Of a stretch of 64,000 bases of DNA, positions 17,912-30,600 are shown piece after piece (position 1 is the stretch's first letter; each line of letters starts with the position of its first letter). The stretch is from the NCBI GenBank assembly GCA_002633005.1, contig NMRA01000077.1, positions 310,001-374,000 on the forward strand, in the 5' to 3' direction. The notes beneath the pieces were generated by a model. It saw only the letters and a program-made list of their open reading frames with translations, searched no databases and was not told the origin of the DNA. Both the position numbers and the translations under genes were made by a program. Origin of the DNA: Phoronis australis. Its lineage: Eukaryota > Animalia > Phoronida.

Positions 17912-20900
17912 ATGGTAGGTTATATAAAGTTTAGACATTATTTCCGTTATCTTGTCTCCATTTCTTGAATGACATGAACTTAATTTCTATCTTTTCTCTT
18001 CTGATATGAAGTTACTGTACCTTCCATGATATTGTAAGTGATTTGTGCTGGCCTACGTCCCGATCGGCAGTCAGCAGGGTCAGCCTTGGACAGTTTCAGT
18101 TACAAGCATCGACGTTGGCTTTCATCAGCCGCTTGTCGTAGTCAGAAATCAGTGCTACTCACATTTGTTAGCTTGTTTTTGCAAACGGCGCTCTGCAAGT
18201 GAATTTTGAATGTGCTACAGTTGTTTCAAAATGTACCTGGCTTATAGCATAGTCGTCCATGGATAATTACGTAGCCGTGTATGCCGCATCCTAGGCAATG
18301 ACACCGCCCTGGATGCCGCTGGCGCTGGTTATTACGAATTTCGCTCCAATGTGCATGCTCAAGGTAATCTCGCATCAAGTGAAAATAACATAGATTGTGC
18401 CACATTTGGGTGAGGGTCACAAAAGTAAAATTAGAATATGTGTATTTCACAATACGCACATCTGGTCCTTCCTTTCTCATATTGTGCTAAAACAGTCATT
18501 GTTACCATTCATCTGTTAATTGCAAGTTATGTACACTAAAGACTTAGGCCTACAAGTGCCACACGCCATTCACATAGCCTGCCAAATGAACAGTTCAAAA
18601 TCAACCAATCGACATTCCTACTAAACTGTGTCACGTGTTGTTATTTTCACTTTGGAAGATTATCTTGACCATGCGCTTTGGAGCGAAATCCGCGCAAATC
18701 AGTGAGTGAGTGGTGGAATTTGAGGCATATTGCTTACATCAGATGGTTCCATTTTTTTTAATGGTTGTATCTTTAAACGAACACTACATTAAAATGATAC
18801 TAAACCGTGCTCCTTACTCTGCATCACTGTCATGCCACTTGAGTGATAAAAGGAGAATTCAACAAAAACATTTGTGCTTGCTTCTCTTCAGCCATATTGG
18901 ATCGCTTTTGAATACCTTCTAGATATATTGTGTCTATTACGGCAAGCGGCTGATGAGAGTGCTTGTGGTCAAAAACAAGTGCTACTAGGTACTCAAGTGT
19001 GTTGGCGGCTCCTTTTGTTCTCTTGAACAATGATTTTCAAAGAAATTCAGAATGTACTACTTCACAGTTGTTTCAAGACATACCCTTGTCCATCACGCAA
19101 GTTTCTTGTACAGATGTGTGCTGTGACAGCGCTTTTCTGATGTCCCGTGGGAAAGTGAAAAGAGCCACAACATGCTCAAATACAGAGTTGTCACAGCCAC
19201 CACAAACGCAATGCCTCATCATTATTTATTAGCATAAATCTCGGGAAACGAGCAGCAATATCTGACAACTTTTCACACAAAACAATGGAGGTTGACTAAT
19301 GCTGTGATTGGTTGTTCCAATTCTACAATAAATGATCGTAACTCAAGATCAGCTAATTTACATGTTGTCAGATAGTGTTTGTGGGTGTTCTGAGTTAACA
19401 ACTGATTGACTCTGGTGGGGTTGTTTTGATGTTTTTGATACAAACTTGGTGGTTACTTTAAAAGCTACTCAATTCAAAATACAGCAAATAACATCGAATG
19501 AAGCATGCATATAACCCAGACCTGCCAAATGCTATGAATATTGTTACAGTCAGTCACTGAATACTAAGTTGCTACAATTGGTTGGAAAATGCATGTTTTT
19601 GCTCGTTTCCACCTATCCTCTACCTGTTTTGATCATCTAGATTTCAGAGTGGGTTCACATATGAAAACAAGTTTAGTGTGACATAGAAATGTTTGGTTGG
19701 TAACCATTTGTTCAATGTTCTTTTCAGTCTGCGCTGAGAAGGTTTAAACCCCTGTTTGACAGGGTACTGGTGGAAAGGGCAGCAGCCGAGACCAAATCAA
19801 AGGGAGGCATTCTGATTCCAGAGAACTCACAAGGAAAGGTGCTTGAAGCAACAGTCATTGCTACTGGTCCTGGTTTACGGAAAGATGTAAGCTTTTGTGG
19901 ATTTGGCTTTTTTTTGATACTGTCTCACCTCTTGTGCTTGTCACATATTTTAAAAGTCATCCTTAAATTAGTGATGTCCAATTTTGGATAGCATAGTGAC
20001 ACTTGTTTTGTGCAAAAATATTTGTTGAAATTCACATTTCTATGCACCCACATACAGAACAAGCCAAAAGAAAACTGAGAAAATGACCAGTTACTTGCAT
20101 CATGATAACGTAGTGCAAGCAGACTTCCACACTGTAACGGTTGTTTGTAAATGAAACTGGCAATCATGGTTGCCATCCGTGACGACTGGTTAAGCTATAA
20201 AGGGACCCATCCTCCTGCGAAGTAACTTCAAATTATTTGTCGTTAATTTTGAGAAAGTATGAACGCAATGGAATAAAGACCGTGAACAATGAAAAGTGTC
20301 GTGCATTTAACAAATTCAGTATAACAGAAAACTTGCTCCCGAAGTACAGTCAATTTTGAGGGTATGAAGAATTTTGTTTCTTAAGTTCATTATGGCGTGA
20401 CAAGCCTAGTTTATATTGTTCAATCCCTTTGTTGAAATGCGCACTTCAATGTGTACGGTATAGCGTATAGCACATTTAGGTAGCGGGAATTGTTTAGGAT
20501 GGTTATGGTTGCAAAATACAGAACTGCTTTAAAATGTTCACAAGAGCAATCTTCCTCTCTTCAGATGAACATCAATTATACGCATATACGTCGCAAATTG
20601 TGCAAAGTTGTTGCCCTCGTGCCACTTTGTGCAGTGTACATGTGTACCTTGGAAGTTAGCTCACTGTTCTAGGTTACACTATATAATGGATCTTTGTGGC
20701 GGGATTGGAACATTGTGAATATTACTTCAAGTGGACTGTCACCTTAAATGTGGTACAATTTAATTTTTGTTTTTCCTAGTTTTCACTAAAAACCATATTT
20801 CAAGGTGTGTGAATGGCATGATGTGTCCCAAAAACTTCATATTTTTTGTAATTTGTGTTACTTTGTCTTTATGTAGAGTGGTGAAGTGGTGCCCCCTGCT

Positions 20901-21727
20901 GTTAAAGCTGGTGACAAAGTCATTCTTCCAGAGTATGGTGGAACAAAGCTTACCTTTGATGATCAGGCAAGTGTGTTATGCAACCACCCTATTATAGTTC
21001 CAAGGCTATGGCTGTGTCATGTTAACTACTTGTAAGGCAGAAAATTCAAACTGAACGGGAATTACATGTACATGTTGGAAAGTCTATGCTCATTCTGTTT
21101 GCAGTTTGTGTCTTACATCTTCAGATAAATTGGTCGAACTGATACCAAAAGTCCAAAGTGTCATAATAAGCTAATAATTTCCTTAAGAAATGACAAGTCT
21201 CTCAATACTTCATACTCCTTGCATAGGTTTTTCAAACTTGACGCAAGCCAAACTCGTCATTACAAAATTCAAACTCGATGCAGCAACAAGTCGAAAGCGG
21301 TTGTGGAGAACACTGAACATATTGATTCTTAATTATTTTCATTATTAAACTGGTCTCACTTTATTCTTAACTACAATTAGAGGTGACTTTTTTGTTTGAG
21401 AAGAACTGGTTAGTGTTAGACATCAGGCATGTTGTTTCATGCATTCAGTCTTGTAATCGTCTGTCAGTTTTTTCTCAGTGAGCCCAGAAATTCTTGTAAT
21501 TTGGGAAGGTAACGTTGAGGTCAGTTTTATAATGTTTGTCTAAATCAAAAGTTATTTTTGTTAGAAGGTAGATTTAAAGCAGCTTTAAAATTATCAAAAA
21601 TCAGTTTGTAAGAGTGGGAAATATAGTTACAGTCGAGTGCTTCTTATTTGCTTTCATGTTTTGTGCTTTTTTGCAGGATTTCTTTTTGTTCCGTGACAGC
21701 GACATACTTGGAAAATTCGACTCATAG
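17912..21727 (+). CDS. HSPE1: 10 kDa heat shock protein, mitochondrial co-chaperonin (Hsp10/GroES family), 100 aa, 4 exons
   Basis: Exons 17912-17914 (ATG only, gtaggt donor), 19728-19886, 20877-20966 (GC donor) and 21677-21727 total 303 nt. Translation: MSALRRFKPLFDRVLVERAAAETKSKGGILIPENSQGKVLEATVIATGPGLRKDSGEVVPPAVKAGDKVILPEYGGTKLTFDDQDFFLFRDSDILGKFDS*. Confidence 0.97.
18333..18694. repeat. Imperfect inverted repeat (~57-bp arms, ~250-bp spacer) in Hsp10 intron 1; probably an old MITE
   Basis: atttcgctccaatgtgcatgctcaaggtaatctcgcatcaagtgaaaataaca closely resembles the reverse complement of 18639-18694 (atttcgctccaaagcgcatggtcaagataatcttccaaagtgaaaataaca). Confidence 0.75.
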
Positions 21728-22080
21728 GCAGTAAATGTGTACATTTCTTTGTTTACTGGAAAGACATGGTTAGTCATGGAACAGTTGCTGTGCAGTCAAG
21801 ATATAGACATGGGCGCCACCTATGATAGATTCAAGTCATCAACAGTTACTGCAGGACCCAACATTTGTGAAACCATGTTGCGCAGTTCATTGCCATTTGT
21901 AAGAACATATATCTGTATACACTTTATCATCATGGTAGATAATCATGGCTTAATCTTCATCAGTGTTTTTTTTCTCTGAACAGAGAAGTGGGCAAAAATT
22001 GTGCTGTAGTAATTTCTTGCATTAGTGTATTGAGATATTGCGTTTGAGGTGATCAACTTCCGTGTGTTGGATATTGACAG

Positions 22081-22086
22081 AATAAA
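22081..22086 (+). terminator. Poly(A) signal AATAAA for Hsp10
   Basis: Canonical AATAAA ~350 nt after the Hsp10 stop codon, followed by GT/T-rich sequence. Confidence 0.6.
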
Positions 22087-23733
22087 GTTGTATATGTGTA
22101 AAATGACTTCATTTTATGGTAATCAACCAATTGGGCCTTTATCCATGTACTACCTGGTATCTTCTCTGATTCACCCAAGGCCCATTCAGTTAAAACTGGT
22201 GGCGGACATTTAGGTCGGCAACCTAGAGCATAAATGAACGAGGTACCATCTTCCCACCACAGGAATACTTAGAGTGCACAGGAGTATTACATAGAAGTGG
22301 ATGTTAGTCGGTATCTGCACTCTGGATGTGGCCCCTGGGTACCTTACAAGAGGGCCAAATTTTGAGCTAGATTAGATATTTGAATTACCAGCATAAACTG
22401 ATTGAAAAAGAGTACCGTAATTGTGTCATCCTGAGCATTGAATCACCCCATGACGGAAAAAACGCTTTGGAAAAGTCCTACCACAAACCCAAAATTAGGC
22501 TAGCTGAAACATAGGAGGTACCCTGAAAACTAATCCCATATGATTCAATACAGGCCACTGATCACTAAATGGCCTACTTCAGAGAAAGTACACTCGGGTT
22601 CTGGTCTGCCAAACATCATACCCACAGAATGCTGTTGGAAACGTGAACTAGATTAGATATTGGAGGTACTACCTAAAACATTCAAATGTACAAGTGAGCT
22701 GCTGCATCGAATGACACTAGTTTTGGGACACCTAGGGAAGCTCGACTACACCATTCTGTAATCTTCTGAACAGGAATGTGTTGTACTACTGTAGCCCCAG
22801 CTTAGGAGGGGGGCTATTAGCCTTGGTACTTTTGAAGCCCAAGTGGTTCTGCAGCCCCGGTTAACCTATGCTACCTGCACGGTTCAGCCTCATACCCCGG
22901 ATAAACGGGGCGCCCAAGTGGCAATCTAGCGTTGAAATAGGAATACCTGCCATTATAAAGTGAGCATATCTGGGCAATACGGCTCCGTGATCAATTTCAT
23001 TTTTGTTTCAACTCTGGTTCTAAATTACACATTACACGTTTCAGTCGTCAAAACCCTTTAGCTCCGTAGTTGCACAATTAGACGAGAGCTGCGCCGAACA
23101 ATCTACTGACATCATCTTCCAGTCTCTTATCTTGCGAAGCACATCTCCCTTCACGATATATGATTGTCTCGGTTTCCTTTCACTTTTTGAGGTTTGCAAA
23201 TTCAAAAACCTGTAAACTTTGTAACGTTCTCTTGGCTTGACAGAGGCCCAGTCTGTAAATTAGTTTTAATAGGGTTAAAAAGAAACGGGAGAAAAATCGT
23301 TTTGATGTTTATATAGACACTGAACCGCTCTAACAGTCTTTGCAATTTCAAAGAGATTTCCGTCATTGCCGGAGCGCCAAAATCCGGTAAATCTTGACCA
23401 TTTTTTGTATTTCATTTCAAACTATTTTTGAGGTGCTCTGCGGTACAGTTGGCGGGTTGCTGTTAATTTCAGATAATATTTTCCATCAATTTGCTGTCTG
23501 GCTGTTTGTTTCCAAACAACAACAGATGGAATTGAAGGGACATACCGTCCAATGTTTTACAGTCCGTGACTACGGGCAGTTTAAAGCTGTATCTCATAAA
23601 CCCCATAAAGGGGCTTCATTATATTTTGTAAATTTGTTTCTATGGTTATGACATCAATTTTTAGATGATTGGACAGCTGTTAGCGTCCTGGTGGCACTTA
23701 CAATACATAGGCGGATTTAGGGGGGGGCCCGGG

Positions 23734-24114
23734 NNNNNNNNNNNNNNNNNNNNNNNNNNNNNNNNNNNNNNNNNNNNNNNNNNNNNNNNNNNNNNNNNNN
23801 NNNNNNNNNNNNNNNNNNNNNNNNNNNNNNNNNNNNNNNNNNNNNNNNNNNNNNNNNNNNNNNNNNNNNNNNNNNNNNNNNNNNNNNNNNNNNNNNNNNN
23901 NNNNNNNNNNNNNNNNNNNNNNNNNNNNNNNNNNNNNNNNNNNNNNNNNNNNNNNNNNNNNNNNNNNNNNNNNNNNNNNNNNNNNNNNNNNNNNNNNNNN
24001 NNNNNNNNNNNNNNNNNNNNNNNNNNNNNNNNNNNNNNNNNNNNNNNNNNNNNNNNNNNNNNNNNNNNNNNNNNNNNNNNNNNNNNNNNNNNNNNNNNNN
24101 NNNNNNNNNNNNNN
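23734..24114. other. Assembly gap (381 N)
   Basis: Run of N. Further single-N junctions occur at 42602, 58785 and 62570. Confidence 1.
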
Positions 24115-24385
24115 AGTGAATCACTCAGAAACTCATTAATTCTCTCTTTGTCAAACCTTAACTTAAGACGATTTCCAAAGCAATCCCGTCATTATTGCCA
24201 ACACGAAAAACGGATTTGGTCTTTTGGGCATTTGAAGACTATTTTAAATACAACAAATTTGTTAAGAACCGATTGCACAAAATATGAAACGTGTAATAAG
24301 CATAACAAAAAGAAGTAGGTTTCGCGCGCAAACGCTGTGGACCATAAACAAGTAGGTCTCTTAGTTTGAATGTGTTAGTGAAATC

Positions 24386-24445
24386 GTGGTGGTGTAGTGG
24401 CAAAGCACGCGCGTCCTACCAATCAGGTCGTGAGTTCGAGTATGT
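24386..24445 (+). mobile_element. tRNA-derived (Pol III A-box/B-box) SINE-like head; not a functional tRNA
   Basis: A-box TGGTGTAGTGG and B-box-like GAGTTCGAGT at tRNA-like spacing, with no complete acceptor or T stems. Confidence 0.5.
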
Positions 24446-27444
24446 GAAAGATGCAATTTTCCTGTGTTTTTATTTTCCTTTTTTTCTTGGATAATACATC
24501 AGAAATCAAGGAAAATGCTTGATTTTTAGAGGAAAAAACAGAAAAATTTCGACCTCCCCCCATTCGGTGCTATGCGCATCTACAATCGTGGTTTGCGCAA
24601 ATGCTTACAGCTGGACAAGATGTTGGGCCCCCCCCTTGTGATATCCTAGATCCGCCACTGCAATACGCAAGATTTCTTGGTGATGAGATTTCATGAAATT
24701 TGGCCGAAATGTTTCTTTCCAGTCATGCATGTTTTCTAACCTGTGCCCTCTTAAAAACGTAGGTTTTCTTATATTCAGTGGAGTCGTCTTCTGTGGTTTT
24801 ATCATAAATGCATTGAAATATCAATTAAAATACCAGTAAATATATCAGAACTTGGGTTCGGAGATCGTTGTTCTCTTGTCATTCTTTCGTTTTTCTTTTG
24901 AGCCACTATCAATTTATTTTAGGATTACTCAAACTTTGCTGTTAAAAAGACGTGGTGGAAAGTTACTAAAATATGCAAATTTGTGTTTTGCTTTTGAAGT
25001 ATTCTTAGCAATAACTTTCATCTTGTGATTCGCGAGGATGAAATCACAACAATTTTAGGCACTTTCACGCGAATGCGCGTACTGAATTTCGATCTACTAG
25101 TTTCACCAATTCCCTTGTTTCCCGGAGCACAGCTGATTATCGCGGCGGGAAATTCTTACAGCAGAGCGTTATACTGCGACGTGGGGATTGTAGATTCGAT
25201 TACGTTTATTGTCCTATTTCGGAAAATCATTTTTCTTGCTGATGATGTCCCTTTATAGTCCAATGCCTGCAGTGTCAGTCTTAAAAGCAATTGTTTTAGT
25301 GTTGAACACTTGTTTTGCTTTTTAATACGGCGAGATAACGTTTCTACTTAAGTATGGTAAAATCATGGACCGAATAGAGTTCAATGGGAAGGTTCACCTG
25401 TTTCAATTTCTTGTTAAATCTCGACCAAATTTCAACAGCTTTTGCTCCATCTACGACGTCGAGATGGCGACAACTCGCTGTACAAGTTCATTACATAAAT
25501 AAACAATTAACTTCTACGAGCAATAACATCTCGTTAAATTGGGCAAAATTTAGACAAAAACACTTATTATTTTATTAAGATAAAAGATCGACTAAACTGT
25601 CAATTGCATCAAAGTCTGTGCAGGTTCTTTTGAAAATTACTGTACGATATAGAAATGGAATTGGCATGAAAACATATAGCCCGTGTTTCTCTAAGAGCCA
25701 CCTAGTGAACGGTTTCAGAAACATGGCTTACGTTTTAAATGTAAAGAGGAATATTTAGTTCTCCATTATTGGTATGAAGATAACTTCAGCACAAATTTGA
25801 AATGTTTAGTCCTGGGTTCGTGCTATCCACTTAAAATGATACCTAAAATGCAATTGATGAGACGGGTAACTCGAACTCACAAACGATGCCTCAAACCTTT
25901 CCTCACATCATGATTTATACCCCAGTAAAAACAACAAATTTTCGCACTTGCAATATTGGGTAACCCGGCCAAAGTCTGCCCTACTCTAGTTAAATTGATG
26001 GTAGAATCCAAGAACTATTAGGGCAAAGATAACTTCAAGGCAAGTTACTGAGAGCTAATTTAGGGATTTTTATGTCTAGGTCCGACCTAAAAAGAATGAA
26101 ATATTGTACCAGTCCTTCTTCCCGAAACTTTGAACCGCGATAAACCAAACATGCTTTAAATCGTTTTTAACTATTTTTTCTAAAATCATTGTCTCTATGA
26201 TCAAATATTCCCATAGATATGCAACAAATTGTCACGAATTTCTTATTAAATGCATACATTATATGAATTTTGTTTATTTTCTCAATTTCCTGGAGATTGC
26301 TGAGGACAAAAAAAAATAATGATACACTCATTTTTTGAATAGTTCATAAACTAAAGGGGCACATAGCGTGACACATTAGAGTTTTTGCAGGTTATTGTTA
26401 AAATATATATCAGTACCAATTTAAAACTGTTCCAGTTTGTTCCTTGCTTAGATGAGAAATCATTTTAGGTTTCACAGATAACTAACAGTATTCCTAGAGA
26501 CCATGCTCGGTTAATAAAAATGTACACTGTGACAAATTAACGTGTCAAGACACTGTGACAAATTAATTTGTCAAAACACTGGACATTTTTGCTTTGAAAT
26601 TAATATCGGAGATGATCCATTGTGAGATTACTGTGTCAAGCGAGGTGAATGCACCTTCAAAATAAAACACATCTACCTATCTAGCGCGTCTAACTGAATG
26701 ACACTTTAATAAAGCCGCACTTCCTCATCACTAATTACTTGAAGTGCTTTGCAACGGAAAAAAATCCTGTCATAGCTAGAAATTTCCGAGACCAGTTTTG
26801 CTTCATTCTGGAAAAAGAAATGCCTCTTGTTTGTGTACTATGATTTGAAGCTCTCTAGCAGTAGCAATAGTTTGAAGCATACGCCACCTATTGAGTACGA
26901 CCGTACGAATTGTTACAATTTTAATAAGTTCATTCGACTAATTCTATATCTAGTGTATCGGTGAAAACGGATGAAAAATTGTTGGTGAAAATAAAAGAGT
27001 ATCTCTAACCAAATATGAGCATGTAAATAACTATTAGACATGAGAGTCACAGCTACATGACTGGGAGCACGTTCATTGATAACATGGGTTACAGAGTTTT
27101 GGATAAACATACAAACATCGGTGATTCTTTAACGAATGCATTGAAATATTTTATGTTATGTAATTTGTTTTGGCTCAGTTTATATTTATTTTTTATATGA
27201 TTACAGCTGTAAATTTCATTAAATCAAAACAAATTTTTGTTCTTTATTGAAGTTAAAAACGCATGTAAGTTTATAATGGGCGAAACCACCCACATTTTCA
27301 TTAAACTGAATTTGTAATCAATCAGAATGTGTGTATCAAACTGATGATGATCCTAATGCATGGATGCTTATTCGTTGTTTACAATGAAAAATGGGACGGC
27401 TTAACTTGATCAATGTTATCTGTGGTCGATTTCGGAATTCATGA

Positions 27445-27472
27445 CCCCGCCCCATAATCCGGACTATATAAA
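27445..27472 (+). promoter_or_regulatory. Core promoter of the SCO-spondin-like gene (GC box + TATA box)
   Basis: CCCCGCCC at 27445-27452 and TATATAAA at 27465-27472, ~150 nt upstream of the ATG, which is in good Kozak context (ggccATG). Confidence 0.65.
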
Positions 27473-27621
27473 CCTACAACTAATCTTCATTTAACGAACC
27501 AAGTTCCACCAAGAGAAAAAGAGACACAGGCGTCAAACTTTAAACATTTGTGGGAAATTTTGCTAAACAACACTGAAAAGAGAAAATTGAGCGCAGTGTA
27601 AGATCCCACAGCAAACGGGCC

Positions 27622-30600
27622 ATGAGACCCGAGTATTTTATCGCCGGCCTTTGTATATTTCTTCTGGCACCGACTGTACAGGGAGGGTAAGTAATATGTG
27701 ATCAAGAATTATCAGTTAGAAATATCATTGTTGGTTCAATTGTTCCTCTGTTTATGAATAGCTCGCTGCTATCTTCCAAGTACCACAGATATCAGGTTAT
27801 CGTTTGCATTTTTTGATTCGTTTTGTATTGTCATCTACAGATTTTATACAAAATTCTTCATTAGTTTTATCCTTATTGTTTAAATTTAAAAATCTAAATA
27901 AAAAGTTTAGATTCAAATGAGTTTCTGGGAAATAAATGCATTTTGTTGCTCTATCTCAATGAAAGCAGAGACATTGTGGTCGCGTATTCTACAAACTTTG
28001 ATGATTGACACACAAGTCTTAACGCAATAAAATATTTCCGGGAACAGAAAAAAACGACGGAAAGTTAATCAATAATGAGTTTTGGCAAAACATGTTTCGG
28101 GGATTATCTCATGGATCATCCCAATCGTAGCACGTAATAGGATTACTTCAATAGTTTTTTTGTAGATTATTCGATAGATGACGTTTTTATTAAAATCTCT
28201 GATGGTAATGCCAACCACCCGCGCAATGAATGTTTATGAATTACGTGCAAATCTTTCATACAAAATTTTTGAGGTTTTAGTATTTCCTTTGTCCTTTTAG
28301 ACTAAATTTTTAAAAAATGGGTAGGTTTTGGTTGTTTTTATTTTCATGTCTTCATACAAGAAGTCGAAACTGGAAAGCAACATTTTGCATAGGCTTCAAT
28401 TTTAATGCAGATGAAGGCAAATGCTGCGTAGCGTTCAAATATATTTTAGTCAGCAACATATCAGTGAAAATAGAAATCAATATGTTTCATTAATTAACGT
28501 ATATAAGATCATTTGAAGCCTTTCTCGAAACGGCAAAACCCTTTTTATATATCACCCGAATATGCTTCTATCATTCGTGAAAAATGAGGGGCCTACACAA
28601 GTATCTGTGAGTTTATATTTCGTTACATTGTGCGTATGATTTTTCTGTTGACATCGCTAAACGGTATCCTCATGCGTAAATGGAAGAAATAATAGGCTTA
28701 AATAATTTTGGGACCTTCCCAATTGCAACGTTTTTATGTCAATCAAGCATATTCAATCTCTGGCCTGGATTTTGAGTTTAACTTCTTGTTATTGTTTGTT
28801 TTTAAGTGAAATTCTTCCGGCATTTAGCTTTTGAATACTGCAGCACAACAATTTCCTATTACAACATCGATTTTTTATCTATCAACAGTCACCAATGCAA
28901 AAACTATGAGAACCAGAGGAAATACACACAAGCGCCATGTGTCAAATTCGCCGACATGAGAAACAAAGGCAAGGAACTCGACATGACAAAGTCTGGATTG
29001 GACCAAAGTGGGCTCGTTAAGGCTCTCGAAGACCCAAGCAAAACATGCTGGTTCTACTCCGATGAGAGAGTTGCAGTACCCGGATGTTGCCCCGGATGGA
29101 GAGGGGAAAATTGTGACAAAGGTTTGACTACGATCTTTTGAGTAAAGCTTCGTGCAGCAACAATTAGGTCTGTATCCTGTGGCGCGAAATTTGAAAGTGA
29201 CACACTTTGCAAAGAGAAGGAGCATCAAGATTCGCGCACAAATCGGCAATATCACAAAGATTTAGTTCAAGCAAATTAATTTTTCTACAAACGTCCCATT
29301 TAGTTTCAGCTCCAGACCAGCGGTTTCCAAAAGAAGAATAAATTCACTCGTCATTGTTAAACTTTTTCCGCTCGGTGTGTTTTTATCCAGCATCACGTTT
29401 CGCAGGCTACGGTTCAAGGCGTTACTGAAACGCCTACCAGAGAACATAAGCCTGTGGCACCTATCTTGGTTAACATGTTTTCCGGCGTTATATTAACCAG
29501 TTCTTAGTCATTGCTAATCAGGTGATTGATCTACTGCACACAAAGGGACCTTAGATCAACGCTTCAGATCCACCTTTTTTTGACGACAGCGGTTCTAGTG
29601 TACTTATCATTGACGCAGTACGAAGTGCCGTGAAATGGGCAGAGTTCAAGTTTGTAATATATGAGTTGCCATAGCGAGGTGTGCGAATCGTGTCGAGAAA
29701 TTTACCGGTATAGTGGACTGCACAAGTTGTTTCCTTGAAAGTCAAACAAATCAATCTTGTGTTGAGGTAAGATCCAGCCACATTATTCGGTCCTTTTGGT
29801 TGGAGGGTGGTATATCACTCCCAGAATGGGAACCGTCGACGCTACTAAAAATCTCAAAAAATGTATTCCAGACAAAAACAAGTATTTTCAACTGTTACTA
29901 TCAGTAATTTTGATTAGATACTGTCCACATGAATACGCGGTAATACGGGTAATACGACTGCATGACGGCAAAAAGCCGAAGTCCTTATCCACTTCTTCAG
30001 TTGGCTTGGCCGCGGCCGGGGAAGCACTCACGTACCATTTATGTGACGTGCCAGGCCTACAGGGTGCCTTCGGACAAAAAGTGTATTTTCTGCGAAATAC
30101 CTTCATGTTCGTTTTCGAACATCGAAACTTGACTACAAAAGTTTTCTTTTCCGAATAAAACTACGTAAACGCGTTTTATTATTTTTTTTGCAAATGATGT
30201 ACTCATTCAGAGATAACATCGACCCGGAGTCTTTGAGTGTTTCTATGGTTAGCACTGAAGACTCCTCACGAAAGAGTTAGAGTTTTGGCATTAACTACTA
30301 TACAAAAAGAGTGTTATTTTTGGAACACAACCCTACGACAAAGTACTCTTCGTGAACTAAGAAGAAAGAGTCCTACAAATGCTCCTTTGGGTCGGCCCAC
30401 TCAGTCTGTGGGGTCATCGGCTAACTTTCTAAGTACATTTCCCGCCAAAAATATAGTCGAGTACTTGCATCCTGTTAGTTCTTTTTCGCCTATTTAGTTG
30501 GATGGAAACAGACTAGGATTATATCCCACTAAAATTTGACTGTCGTGGCTCTGAGTGTCTGATTCCAACACATTTCGTCAATGCCTTCAGGTAGCGCTAG

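Larger units (their letters stand above)
23706..24660. mobile_element. Non-autonomous DNA transposon/MITE spanning an assembly gap
   Basis: Imperfect TIRs CATAGGCGGATTTAGG / CCTAGATCCGCCACTG with G/C-run subterminal motifs. The direct repeat CAATA flanks both sides (23701-23705, 24661-24665). Superfamily not assigned. Confidence 0.65.

Noticed and set aside
23665-24318. 217-aa and 135-aa ORFs
   Set aside because: Artefacts of translating through the N gap.
24386-24445. Possible tRNA gene
   Set aside because: A and B boxes are present but there is no pairing acceptor or T stem; it is a SINE-like relic.
22100-27400. MOB4 exons expected downstream of HSPE1 from vertebrate synteny
   Set aside because: No MOB-family coding sequence was recognised; the region looks like repeat-derived intergenic DNA, although 381 bp are unsequenced.
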